Below are positions 10,752-21,481 of a stretch of DNA of 64,000 nt, in pieces. The stretch spans positions 186,001 to 250,000 of the forward strand of contig JAMWBK010000002.1 of assembly GCA_029953675.1 (NCBI GenBank), written 5' to 3'. The DNA comes from Rhodosorus marinus CCMP1338. Its lineage: Eukaryota > Plantae > Rhodophyta. The position numbers and the translations under genes were made by a program. The notes under the pieces are model-generated. The model worked only from the letters and a program-made list of their open reading frames with translations. It ran no database searches and was not told the DNA's origin. The first letter of the stretch is position 1; each line of letters begins with the position of its first letter.

Positions 10752-12542
10752 ATGAGGGTTCTGTGTGTGACGGTAGTAGTGGTCGGCCTGCTAGCAGGTC
10801 TGGCCTGTGGCAGAGGCGTTTCCTTGAGCGAGGACGCGCTGTCTTTGAGGGGATCATATTCATCACATTCAAGGAAATGCTCTTACTATACGAGGAAGTT
10901 TGACGACGTCGAACTAGGTAATGGACATCCAAAATGCTATTCGCTCCGTAATGCTTGGGGTAAATACGAGTCTGTTGGTACCGTATGTACCACCCTGGTC
11001 GAAAAATACGGAAAAACGTGCGTCAAGTTCCAGTTCACCGCCAAGAGAGGATGGGAGTTTATGCAAGCTTACGCAGGGATACAGGGTGACTGCAGGAATC
11101 CAGGTTACAATCCGTACCAGGAGAAGAAGACGAACGGGCCTAAGACTAGGATGAACTTGTCTGTCTGTCTGGACGAGTTCAAGGTTCCTAAGGGTTACAA
11201 CCGTGAAGGTTGCTGCAACAGAGACATATGCATATACATGAAAGTTAAGAGCCGCGAGGTTGGAAAATATTACACCAAGTGGGCTTACCCGCAAAAGGGC
11301 AAGGAACGATGTGCGATCAGGTCGAATACAGATTTCGTGTCCTGTACACGAAGACTCAAATGCAAAAATAATTCGACGCCAACTCCGGCGCCAACTCCGG
11401 CGCCAACCCCGACGCCAACTCCGGCGCCAACCCCGACGCCAACCCCGACGCCAACCCCGACGCCAACCCCGACGCCAACCCCGACGCCAACCCCGACGCC
11501 AACCCCGACGCCAACCCCGACGCCAACCCCGACGCCAACCCCGACGCCAACCCCGACGCCAACCCCGACGCCAACCCCGACGCCAACCCCGACGCCAACC
11601 CCGACGCCAACCCCGACGCCAACCCCGACGCCAACCCCGACGCCAACCCCGACGCCAACCCCGACGCCAACCCCGACGCCAACCCCGACGCCAACCCCGA
11701 CGCCAACCCCGACGCCAACCCCGACGCCAACCCCGACGCCAACCCCGACGCCAACCCCGACGCCAACCCCGACGCCAACCCCGACGCCAACCCCGACGCC
11801 AACCCCGACGCCAACCCCGACGCCAACCCCGACGCCAACCCCGACGCCAACCCCGACGCCAACCCCGACGCCAACCCCGACGCCAGGTCAGGCATGCAGT
11901 GCGTACACAGACCGCTTCGACGAAGTATTCGTGAAAAGTGAGGCGAACCAGGAGATATGCTACAATTTGGTTTTTACCCCCTCTCCTGGTTCGCCTCACT
12001 ACGACGACGAGACGGACGGGGAAGGACAAAGGGCTGGACAAGTCTGTATTACAGTGAACGAAATGGATGGCAGGACGTGTGTGAAGTACTCGTTCTTGGC
12101 TGAAACCGGCTGGTCTTTCAAGTTGGTTAAGGCTGGGGCGCAGGCCGATTGTGAGGCGCCCATGCCATTGAACCCCTATCAGGCTCAATGGACAGCAGCT
12201 GAGGAATTTGATCGCGAGGCCTTGTCCGTTTGTCTCGACGAATTCACATCGCCTCCAGGCGGCAATGGACGTGGATGCTGCAACAGTAATATCTGTGTCC
12301 TTTCAGCGGCTGTGGTGAGCCAGTCTGGTATCACGGAGAATACCGGCGTCTGGGCCTATCCTGTTTCGGAATTCGGGGATAAATGCGGAGTTCGACAGCC
12401 GAGCGGGAACCATGGATGCGAGGCTTATTTGCATTGCGTAGACGCGGACGCGACCCAAACGCCGGGGTTACTATCACATCCTAGGATTCTTAGACGTCCA
12501 ACCACGGACCCAGTGGCTACGGCGATGCCAATGCCGGAATAA
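10752..12542 (+). CDS. Secreted Cys-rich protein, paralog 2, with a 170-aa (Pro-Thr)n rod between two 12-Cys domains, 596 aa
   Basis: ATG 10752 gives signal peptide [20 protein letters not shown]. Same two-domain layout and C-terminus (ATAMPMPE) as paralog 1 (ATEMAMPE). Confidence 0.9.
   Translation: MRVLCVTVVVVGLLAGLACGRGVSLSEDALSLRGSYSSHSRKCSYYTRKFDDVELGNGHPKCYSLRNAWGKYESVGTVCTTLVEKYGKTCVKFQFTAKRGWEFMQAYAGIQGDCRNPGYNPYQEKKTNGPKTRMNLSVCLDEFKVPKGYNREGCCNRDICIYMKVKSREVGKYYTKWAYPQKGKERCAIRSNTDFVSCTRRLKCKNNSTPTPAPTPAPTPTPTPAPTPTPTPTPTPTPTPTPTPTPTPTPTPTPTPTPTPTPTPTPTPTPTPTPTPTPTPTPTPTPTPTPTPTPTPTPTPTPTPTPTPTPTPTPTPTPTPTPTPTPTPTPTPTPTPTPTPTPTPTPTPTPTPTPTPTPTPTPTPTPTPTPTPTPTPTPGQACSAYTDRFDEVFVKSEANQEICYNLVFTPSPGSPHYDDETDGEGQRAGQVCITVNEMDGRTCVKYSFLAETGWSFKLVKAGAQADCEAPMPLNPYQAQWTAAEEFDREALSVCLDEFTSPPGGNGRGCCNSNICVLSAAVVSQSGITENTGVWAYPVSEFGDKCGVRQPSGNHGCEAYLHCVDADATQTPGLLSHPRILRRPTTDPVATAMPMPE
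11376..11885 (+). repeat. Coding 12-bp tandem repeat (acgccaaccccg)n = (TP)n, ~42 units
   Basis: 510 bp; units are essentially identical after the first few APTP variants. Confidence 0.97.
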
Positions 12543-12700
12543 GAAGGTCAGGAGGAAACTGGAACGACGAAATGAGAAATAGACGGATTCTAGTACTCTA
12601 ATCCTATTCACGTTCAATATAGACAAAAAATCATGTCGACATCGTAAAGCATTGAGTCAATACGCATCTTCTTTCCGTCCTTTTTTTATTCTGAGGGCGA

Positions 12701-12814
12701 ACTGGCCTTTGTGCTCGTTTGCTTGTAGTCCAGCATCGAGACGTAACCCAACTCCCCACTGGCCTTTGTGCTCGTTTGCTTGTAGTCCAGCATCGACTCG
12801 TAACCCAACTCCCC
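12701..12814. repeat. Two-copy 57-bp tandem duplication
   Basis: actggcctttgtgctcgtttgcttgtagtccagcatcga..cgtaacccaactcccc at 12701 and 12758. Confidence 0.9.
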
Positions 12815-12849
12815 CGCACTGAACGTCATTGCTCCGTTCCAGCAGTGGG

Positions 12850-13365
12850 TGACGAAAAAGTATTAAAAAAGCACTAAAATGTATAAGCACGTCAGCAAGC
12901 GGCTCGAGCATCTTAGCACATGCCATCTGAATGAACGTGATGATCAACTAAAACAAAATACTCGATGATCGGTGGAAGAAGCCGATAGGAATTGTCCTAT
13001 CGCGATTAGCCAATGCCGAATCGCGAAGCGTAGAGTCCAACATAGCCGCAGCGTACTGGGATTCCTTGAGTTGCCACCGCATTGAACGGAACGGAACGGT
13101 CATCATCCGTGCCGCACTCGCCACCGAACTGTAGCGCATCTGCGTCGACCAGACGCTGGCAGGTATCTGGTAGTCTGAGGATAAGGGATAGAAAGGTCGA
13201 TGTACTCACTCCGACGAGCACTCAGATCAGTGACCACTAGGTCCGCCACCCGTTGCGCCACTGGGGCGTCAGCCCCATCAGTAATTGACTTGCCACCGGC
13301 AGGGGGACCTCATACTCCACCTCTCGGTCGCAGCGCCTGAGAACGAAGACAGAGGAACAACAAGC
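12850..13365 (-). mobile_element. CRE-clade family C, decayed endonuclease/3' segment
   Basis: Minus-strand frames give VEYEVPLPV, VADLVVTDLSARRSEYIDLSI and MRWQLKESQYA (RLE motifs). Confidence 0.65.
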
Positions 13366-13399
13366 GGTTGAGCCGCGTATGGCGTCGAGTCTGGACCAG

Positions 13400-14030
13400 C
13401 GGACAAGATGTCAACAAATACCCACCAAATTCACCGCAAGGCACTGAGTCGCCGCACAGGTTACATCGCGAATCGCTGTCCGCAGGCCATGGCTGTTGGG
13501 GCGCTTCGAAAAGTGCACCATCTTACACCATCCGGAGGTTTTCCCGGAGCTGGACCAACAAACAAACCTCGCCAGCCTCGCCCGGATAGCGGAAGGGTTG
13601 TGCCTCCACGGCGTTCCTCTGGGTACACCGACATACGTCTCGCAGCAAACTCGACGACTGCTCCTGGAACATGAACGATTCATCGAAGGTATCCTACGTC
13701 TACCACCAGATGCCTTACCTCAACAGCTCCGTCCCCTCCGCTATTGTGCGAGCGGCCGCTCGACATATCTTCTTCGGGCTCTTGATGCTGCAGCTGGTGC
13801 CATCGTAGCGCGGGAGGTGGGCGCGTTCTCCACAGGTGCTCAGTCGTATTTGTGGGCCGCTGCATGACTATCCGCTCTTGTCAGCGGGCGATGCCAATTT
13901 GGTGCAGGCGCAGATTCAACTCCCTTGCCGCTGGGGTGGCTTGGGATTTTCCTCCCAGGCGCGCATCCAACCCGGTGCCGCCGTCTCGCAGATCTGCTGC
14001 CGTCTACGCTCCGACTGAAGCAACTACTAA
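13400..14030 (+). mobile_element. CRE-clade family C, decayed RT-thumb segment
   Basis: LHGVPLGTPTYV..LRYCASGRSTYLLR and QIQLPCRWGGLGFS are the post-RT motifs of CRE ORFs. Confidence 0.65.
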
Positions 14031-14079
14031 TGAGCACCGATGATACGTCTACGCTTCCCAGAACCATGACCCTGGTACG

Positions 14080-14286
14080 TTGTTCATGGACTCTGTTGGT
14101 TCTCGCTGGCTTCGGGAGTTGTTCCGCGAACGCCCTGACCGTCTTCAATCGTTGTTTACCCGCTTAAGTTTCCTGCTGTGGCGCATGAATGCCGCTTTGA
14201 TGTTGGAGGCGTGAGTACTTCGCCGCGCTTAGTCTTTTTTTCCCCTCGGGGTTTTTTTTTCAGCCTCCGATTAAACCATTCGTTCG
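14080..14286 (+). mobile_element. CRE family B 5'-truncated copy
   Basis: Near-identical to the B 3' end; tail aaaccattcgttcg. Confidence 0.9.
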
Positions 14287-14379
14287 GTATCTGCCGAGAT
14301 ACAGAAAATGCTCCGCCCTGTCTCGGAGAACTTGCCCGCAGATTGTCCGCCTTCCCTCACCCGCGCCGTCACATGGGAC

Positions 14380-16740
14380 GGACTCCTGTTCTAAGGGGGA
14401 GAAACACGATTAGCTTCCCGAGCACGGCTGCGAGGTCACAGCCAATGGACCTGCAGTCTTATGTCCTGAAGGAGGGCGGGACTGGGGCATCTGGCGCACG
14501 CGCCTGCGGAGTTGGCTCCGGCGATGGATTTCTTTGGGAGGAGGCTCCCTACCCCTCCGGGGAAGGATTCCGCCTCTTGTATTCCCTCGAGGAGAGCTCT
14601 CCATGGCTGGGACAATCCTGGATTTTATTTTCCAGAGTCTGGCGCGTAATCAACGGGACGTCGCTATGTGGGAATTTTTGGGGGTCATGCCGCGCCTGAT
14701 TCTGGCACCCACTCACACATCGGAGCGCAGATGGCGAGTCCGAGAACGACTGGCCATTCTCCTGAAGGGGGAATTTGAGGTGTTGCAGCAGAGCTACTTG
14801 GCGTCATCCGAGGCATCCGGCCGGAGGACTCGTGCCGGGACAGCCTCGCCTGGGACGACTCGAGTGCAGAAATTGGTGGCGGTTGGCGGCCTGAGCCGAG
14901 CGGCACGGGTCTTGGAGGGTCAGGTGCCTGTACTCCCCTACGACGAGAGCCTCGACCAGACTGTGTCGGCGTTGTTCCCCTCGTCCGACGTGGACTTGCC
15001 CCCCGAAGTCGAGACATTTTTAGACCGTCCAGAGTTGGCGAGGTTCCGCATCGACGTGACGCTCCCTGAGTCTAATCTGGAGGATTTGCTCCGGATCTCC
15101 CGGTGTGGACGCTGCCCTTGACCCTCTGGGCCACGAACGGAATTCCTGCAGGCCTTGAGCAGCCAGAGCGCACTGGTGAAGATCCTGAATCCACGAACGG
15201 AATTACTGCAGGCCTTGAGCAGGGTGCAGGGGGTGCGTCTGCCCCTTGGGACCATCTCCGACGGGCACAGCTTCACTTGCTTACGAAACCCGACCACAAG
15301 CCGGCACACCCGCGTCTCCGGCCGATCGGTGGTCGAGAGTCTACGGAAGCTCGCCGGGAGGTGGCTATTCCAGCGCCTACGCCAGCATGTCCCCGTTTTT
15401 ATGGCGCCTTGGCAGGTAGGGGTGGGATTTTCCGGGGGTTGCGAAATGATCACTCATGCGATCGAGCTCGAGCGAGCCAGTAGGCCGGATTGGGGCGTTT
15501 TGGTGGTTGACTTTCCGTAACGTTTCAACAGCGTCTCGCGGACGCAGTCTTTGGAGGTGATTCGAAGGGTATTCCCGGAGGCGTGGCCGTTCCTATCCGG
15601 CATTTACGGAGGGGAGCCTCCCTTACTTGACAACGTGGGGCTCTGTTTTTGAAGCACGTACGGGCGTTCAGCAGGGTGATCCTTGTGGGCCTGTACTTCA
15701 CGCATATGCCTTGCAGCTCGTGCTCCAGCGACTGGCGGCTGAGGTGCCGGAGCTTCGCATCTGTGCCTACCATGAAGACGTGACGTTGCTGGGCACCCCT
15801 GAGCACTTGGCTCGGGGATTGACCCAGATCGAAGCAATCGCACGTGGAGTAGGTCTAACCGTGGAACCCGAAAAATGCCGTTTTCTTGGCCCGCGTGAAG
15901 TTTCGAGGGGCTCCCCGCCACCTAGTCTCCGAGCCTTTGGTGAAGGTGCGGGGCTCGAGCACCATGGCGTTGGTTTGTGGAGTGACAACTTCGTCCAAGA
16001 CTCTTGCGAACGAGTTTTAGCACGCCATAAGCAGCTCACGACGCCATTGAGCGCCTACCGGACGGCATGCTCCAATCGGCTTGCCTGCTCTCCCGCTTTT
16101 GTGCCGGCCCGAACTGAATTACTGGCAGCGAAATCTTCCACCGCACTGGGGCTCGTGGATAGCAGCCAAGGCGAACGAGGCGACGCTGAAGAACTGGGGA
16201 ACGCTCTTGGATGAGCCCCTGGATGTGGAAGCGGCTCCTGGCAGGGACCTAATTCGTGGCCAGATTGCCCTACCTTTACGGTTAGGGGGATTTGGAGTTT
16301 CCGACCGTGGACTCGTATGCTCGGCTGCGGCGGTCACCTCCTGGGATACCGCGCTTCGCACCTTGGTGAGTTCTCGGATGCGAAGTGCTTGCTTTTGGCG
16401 ATAGCACAGACTAGCGAAGACCGCGTGACCCTTCCGGCACCGCTTTTGAGTATCTACGATGCTCTGCAACAGGCGTTCAGTAAGTGCAACGCCGTGCCGG
16501 ACGAGAGCCGATCCAGATTTCGCTCCTGGAAGGAGCTGTTACGGGGACGAACTGAGGCGCTCGAGGACTCTCCCATCGACGGAGGACTCGCCGACGAGGG
16601 GGAAGCTAGCCCCGGGTCACCGGTTGCCGATTACCCGGGTCTGAGCCGATTGTGGAGCTCGCCCCCACTGATGTGATTCAACATAGCCTCACCTGGGGCC
16701 AACACAGGCCGCTCACGCAATCTTGCTCAACTCTCACCCC
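14380..16740 (+). pseudogene. Large frameshifted CRE family A copy (N-terminal region, RT, thumb; 3' end missing)
   Basis: Fragments MPRLILAP, ESLRKLAGRW, WQVGVGFSGGCE, GVQQGDPCGP, AYHEDVTL, IALPLRLGGFG and IQHSLTWG, colinear with ORF 31091-33919. Confidence 0.9.
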
Positions 16741-16990
16741 GCGGCCAACAATTTAAAATTAGACGAATAGACCGGGGGCGAGTTTTCTCTCCCTGCTCCC
16801 AACCCTGCTCCCAACAAACGGAAATGGCGCGGGATTGATTGACTGAACTTGTGTACGCCGTTACAGATGTTTTAATCTGATGTAGCTCGGCAGTATCAGC
16901 TTGTTGATGATTAGACCCATTGGGGTACATTCGCCTCTCCGGTTTCATTCGTTTACGTTAGAATATAGGTCTCTCGAACTCCATGGCTTC

Positions 16991-19900
16991 CTACAGGGCA
17001 AGGGCTCCACAGACGTTCTCAATAACCTGTGGAACGACATCAGGAAAATCTGATGCAAATTCTGTTGTTATCGTGGGTCCCAGGGATTCGCTGGACATAT
17101 CGTTGAGAATCTGAACATTCGACTCAGTTGCTATTGCATCCTCTGCTGAAATAGTCACAATAGAGACTCCTCGGTTTTTCAGATCCCTCGCCAAACCTCT
17201 TAAGAGCGGAGGATTCTGCACTCCTGTTGATGGCGGACCATCCGTGATAAAAACAAAGATTTGGACAGCGTCTGCATTCCCACTTGACAAGATGGCATCG
17301 CATCCCTTCAAAGCCGTAGAATAGTTTGTCAACTGCCTGCTGGTCGGAAGCCGGTAACTGGATAAGACGTCCTTCACCGACTCGTTTGATAGCAATGGTT
17401 CAACTTGAAGTCGCTTAGTTCCGTAGAAGACAAGTCCAAATCGGCTCTCAGATCCATCTACGACCATACGGTTCAGCTGGTTAACAATGCTTGAAACCAT
17501 ATCCAGCTCTCCGATTAAGGCATCTGATGATCCTCCTGCATTGGGGTCCCAGATCGACCCAGAAACATCGATTGCGATGCAGACTTCAAGTCTGTCAAGT
17601 TGGCATTCGATGACTGGTAAAGGTGTCGGCTCCTCTTCTGGCTCAAATGCTTCGCAGACGCGACTAACAACAGGATATGAAAGTACTGCGAGGTCGTTAC
17701 ATTCTGGCACGTAGTCATAGTTGCCCGAGCTTGCCCAATTGTGGAGTACTCGGAATAATCGCGTTTGCCGTCCGCAGCCGACGGAGAAGATCTTCGTTCC
17801 TCTTGCTTTTGCATCGGAAGCCGCTGCTTCGTTGTCCTCTTCAGACGAACCAGATTCGGATATAATCACAATGGCCTTGCTGGAACCTGTTCCTCCATCA
17901 ATGACGCTCTGGCACTGATTCAAGGCGGTAGCGAGGTTGGGATGTCCTCCTAGTTGAGGATTGGAGAGCAGTAGATCGTTTCTTGCAGCCTGTATGGATG
18001 ATCTCCGCTCGGTTATTGTTTGAATAGTACCAGTAGAAGTCACCGCAGAGAATGAAACGCGAGTGTTGCCGGCCTGGATGATCCGAGCGAGTTCGCTGAA
18101 GAGCATCTCTTGCGCAGCGAAACCTCCTGAAGATTGAGCTTCGCCGGTATCCAGAACAAAGCAGACATCCAGGTCGCTCAGTTCACAGACTTGCTCAGGT
18201 AGGAGTTCTGAAGGCGTTTCTGTTGGAGTTTCCATAGCAGTCTCAGCTGCAGTTTCTGGTACAGTCTCAACTGCCGTCACAGCCACTGTCTCCATGGATG
18301 TCACAGTTGCGATCTCCATAGCGGTCACGGTTGCGGTCTCCATAGCGGTCACAGTTGCGGTCTCCATAGCGGTCACAGCTGTGGTCTCCATAGCGGTCAC
18401 AGTTGTGGTCTCCATAGGAGTCTCGGCAGCCGTCTCGACCACGGTCTCGGCCAAAGTTTCGGCTTCAGTCTCAACTTCCGTCTCCGCAACAGTCTCGGTT
18501 ACTGTTTCAGCTGCAGGTCCACTCTCTATCACAGTTTGAACGGCAGTTTCAGCCGCAGTTTCCGTCGCTGTTTCAGCCGCAGTTTCAGTCACTGTTTCGT
18601 TTGCAATTCCAGTTTCCGCTGCAGTTTCAGCAACTGTCGCCGCTGCTGTCTCAGGAACTGTCTCTGCCAAGGTTCCGGCTTCTGTCTCAATTTCTGTTTC
18701 AGTCCAAATCTCAGCTGCAGTTCCGGTCTCAGTTATAGCGACCGTCTCAACTGCTGTGGGAGCTGCTGTGAGAGCTACTGTCGGAGCCACTGTCTCAGCG
18801 ACGGTCTCAGCGACGGTCTCAGCGACGGTCTCAGCGACGGTTTCAGCGACGGTCTCAATGACGGTTTCAGCCTCCGTGTCAGCCTCCGTTTCAGCTGCTG
18901 TCTCAGACGCTGTCTGAGACGTTGTCTCAATCTCCGTTTCAGCCACCGTCTCAGCCGTTGTCTCGACTACTGTCTCAACCGCTGTTTCAGCTAATGTCTC
19001 AACTGATGTCGGAGCTGCCGTTGGAGCTATTGTCGGAAATACTGTCTCAGAGGCGGTCTCAGCCTCCGTTTCAGTTGCTGTCTCAACAAGCGTTTCAGTT
19101 GCTGTCTCCGCCACGGTCTCCGCCACGGTCTCCGCCACGGTCTCCGTCACGATCTCAGCCGCTGTCTCGGACGCAGTCTCAGCTAATGTCTCAGCTAATG
19201 TCTCAGACACAGTTTCAGTTAATGTCTCAACTGCCGTTTCCCCTATGGTCTCAGCCACGGTCTCAGCCGCTGTCTCGGACGCAGTCTCAATTAATGTCTC
19301 GGTCGCAGTCTTAGCTAATGTCTCAGACGCAGTCTCAGACGCAGTCTCAGCTAATGTCTCAACAGCCGTTTCAGCTATTGTCTCAGCTGTTGTCGGGTCT
19401 ACTGTTGGAGCTACAGTTAGAGCTACTGACGGAGCTACTGTCTCAGACACGGTCTCAGCGACGGTCTCGGTCACCGCTTCAGATGCAGTTTCAGCCACCG
19501 TTCCAGCCGCCGTTCCATCGACCGTTTCAGCCTCCGTCGCAGCCACTGTTTCAGCCTCCGTTTCATCCGCAGTTTCAGCCTCCGTTTCAGCCTCCGTTTC
19601 AGCCTCCGTTTCAGCCTCCGTTTCAGCCTCCGTTTCATCCTCCGTTTCAGCCTCCGTTTCATCCTCCGTTTCAGCCTCCGTTTCAGCCTCCGTTTCAGCC
19701 TCCGTTTCAGCCCCCGTTTCTGCCCCCGTTTCTGCCCCCGTTTCTGCCCCCGTTTCTGCCTCCGTTTCAGCCTCCGTTTCAGCCTCCGTTTCTGCCTCCG
19801 TTTCAGCCTCCGTTTCAGCCTCCGTTTCAGCCTCCGTTTCAGCCTCCGTTTCTGCCTCCGTTTCAGCCTCCGTTTCTGCCTCCGTTTCTGCCTCCGTTTC

Positions 19901-21481
19901 TGCCTCCGTTTCTGCCTCCGTTTCTGCCTCCGTTTCTGCCTCCGTTTCTGCCTCCGTTTCTGCCTCCGTTTCCGCCGCAGTTTCTGCCGCAGTTTCCGCC
20001 TCCGTTTCCGCCGCAGTTTCTGCCGCAGTTTCCGCCTCCGTTTCTGCCTCCGTTTCAGCCGCAGTTTCAACCGCCGTCTCTGGTACTGTCGGGGATAAAT
20101 TTTCACATAATAACTCCAACTCACAAGTCGTAGGACTTCCTCGTACTCCGGCAGAGCAGGATGTGCCGCTCAAACTGGGAAAGAAATTGAGGTCCCTCAC
20201 ACCGCTCCTGTCCCTAAGAGAGGCAGTTGCTTTCATGAGAACACAAATGTCATCGTTGCAGCATCCGATTCCAGTTGGTCCAAATGCTGATTTAAATTCG
20301 TCGAGGCATACGACGAATGATTCATCGATCACAGGCGGAATGTTCTCAAGAACCCGCTGGTATGGACTGCTTGCGTTCAGCTCATTACAGTTATTACTGG
20401 CTCCAACGCTTATGCTTGTGAACATCCACCGCCTCGAAGCAGCGAAATTATACTCAAGACATCTTTTACCGTCTCGATCCACCAGTGATATGCACACTCT
20501 GCCGGCCCTGATCGGATTGTCGGTATCAGAAAGCATTTTGTAGCACCTTCGGTTGCCCTTAGGAGATACACTAGAGCTAGAGAACTGCGAAACGTGAGTC
20601 AAGCACGTCGGGTTGTCTGCAGAGGAAGGCATCGGTGTCCTGTCTTCAGTATTCATTGCCGTTTCCATCGGCGCTCCCGAGAAACTTGGACCGGGATCTG
20701 GGGTAGCACTCGCCTGCACTGGCTCAGTCTCTAAGCCCGCCGACGCATCTGGTGTCCCCTCGTCTTCCTCCGGCATAGTTTCCGTTGGGATGGGATTCGA
20801 CGTGAATTCGGTCTCCTCAGGAGATGGCAGATGCGTAAGCATATTCAATTCCGTCGCGGTCGTCGTCATCCTCCCCTCGCAGAATAGGTGGCTCTTGCAC
20901 CTCGAAAACTCGGAGATTTCATCAGGAATACAATCCAGGGACCCGAACGCCGGAACCGCCCTGCTGATCTCCGTTTCGCCCGTTCGTCTCACTCTGGCGT
21001 AGGGCACCACACAGATATCCTCGTTGCAGCATCCATTTCCATCAGCCCCTGGCAAAGCTTCAAACTCATCCAAAGCCACCGATGCGCTCCGAGAAGTCCA
21101 CGGTCCACCTACCTTCACGTCTTGGAATCCAGACTCTTCCGAATCACATCTATCATACACCCCACCCCTTATTTCAACGAACTGCCATCCAGGTTCCGCT
21201 ATGTAGTCAAAGCTCACTACCATCGGACCATGAGGATTCTTAATCTGATTACAGATCACACCGACCTTATCGTTGAAGCCTTCGACTAGCAGATCATAAC
21301 ACAGCTCATTAGCTACGTTTCCGATTGATATGCTCTCAAACTGAGTCGTGTAGCTCGAACACGTCCGTTTGTCATCCGATTGTCTCCAGGTGATCGCGTC
21401 CAAGGTTGAATCGGGGCGAGCAATCCCGCAGCAGGCCATGCACGTAAGGAGTAGGACAGGAAGAAGAGTAGATTTGTCCAT
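16991..21481 (-). CDS. Large secreted protein: two Cys-rich domains, ~650-aa Glu/Thr/Ala rod, two vWA domains, 1496 aa
   Basis: ATG 21481 gives signal peptide [21 protein letters not shown]. Two LDEF..GCCN.DIC domains. vWA1 [11 protein letters not shown] (degenerate MIDAS); vWA2 [25 protein letters not shown] (intact DxSxS..T..D). No C-terminal TM segment. Confidence 0.9.
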   Translation of the reverse strand: MDKSTLLPVLLLTCMACCGIARPDSTLDAITWRQSDDKRTCSSYTTQFESISIGNVANELCYDLLVEGFNDKVGVICNQIKNPHGPMVVSFDYIAEPGWQFVEIRGGVYDRCDSEESGFQDVKVGGPWTSRSASVALDEFEALPGADGNGCCNEDICVVPYARVRRTGETEISRAVPAFGSLDCIPDEISEFSRCKSHLFCEGRMTTTATELNMLTHLPSPEETEFTSNPIPTETMPEEDEGTPDASAGLETEPVQASATPDPGPSFSGAPMETAMNTEDRTPMPSSADNPTCLTHVSQFSSSSVSPKGNRRCYKMLSDTDNPIRAGRVCISLVDRDGKRCLEYNFAASRRWMFTSISVGASNNCNELNASSPYQRVLENIPPVIDESFVVCLDEFKSAFGPTGIGCCNDDICVLMKATASLRDRSGVRDLNFFPSLSGTSCSAGVRGSPTTCELELLCENLSPTVPETAVETAAETEAETEAETAAETAAETEAETAAETAAETEAETEAETEAETEAETEAETEAETEAETEAETEAETEAETEAETEAETEAETEAETEAETEAETEAETEAETGAETGAETGAETGAETEAETEAETEAETEDETEAETEDETEAETEAETEAETEAETEAETADETEAETVAATEAETVDGTAAGTVAETASEAVTETVAETVSETVAPSVALTVAPTVDPTTAETIAETAVETLAETASETASETLAKTATETLIETASETAAETVAETIGETAVETLTETVSETLAETLAETASETAAEIVTETVAETVAETVAETATETLVETATETEAETASETVFPTIAPTAAPTSVETLAETAVETVVETTAETVAETEIETTSQTASETAAETEADTEAETVIETVAETVAETVAETVAETVAETVAPTVALTAAPTAVETVAITETGTAAEIWTETEIETEAGTLAETVPETAAATVAETAAETGIANETVTETAAETATETAAETAVQTVIESGPAAETVTETVAETEVETEAETLAETVVETAAETPMETTTVTAMETTAVTAMETATVTAMETATVTAMEIATVTSMETVAVTAVETVPETAAETAMETPTETPSELLPEQVCELSDLDVCFVLDTGEAQSSGGFAAQEMLFSELARIIQAGNTRVSFSAVTSTGTIQTITERRSSIQAARNDLLLSNPQLGGHPNLATALNQCQSVIDGGTGSSKAIVIISESGSSEEDNEAAASDAKARGTKIFSVGCGRQTRLFRVLHNWASSGNYDYVPECNDLAVLSYPVVSRVCEAFEPEEEPTPLPVIECQLDRLEVCIAIDVSGSIWDPNAGGSSDALIGELDMVSSIVNQLNRMVVDGSESRFGLVFYGTKRLQVEPLLSNESVKDVLSSYRLPTSRQLTNYSTALKGCDAILSSGNADAVQIFVFITDGPPSTGVQNPPLLRGLARDLKNRGVSIVTISAEDAIATESNVQILNDMSSESLGPTITTEFASDFPDVVPQVIENVCGALAL
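18240..20080 (-). repeat. Coding low-complexity rod (AET/ETEA/TAVET/TAMET units; 12-bp core repeat at ~19560-20080)
   Basis: (gcctccgtttca/t)n on the + strand; graded divergence away from the core. Confidence 0.92.

Noticed and set aside
11376-11885. CRISPR-like or telomeric array
   Set aside because: No spacers; it is a coding minisatellite in a eukaryotic gene.
10914-12188. 424-aa minus-strand ORF and other-frame ORFs with (WRRG)n, (PRRQ)n, (ASGL)n
   Set aside because: Shadow frames of the stop-free 12-bp repeat; only the PT frame joins a signal peptide and conserved domains.
18294-20543. Long plus-strand and alternative-frame ORFs (SASV, QPPF, KRRQ repeats)
   Set aside because: Antisense or shifted readings of the AET rod.
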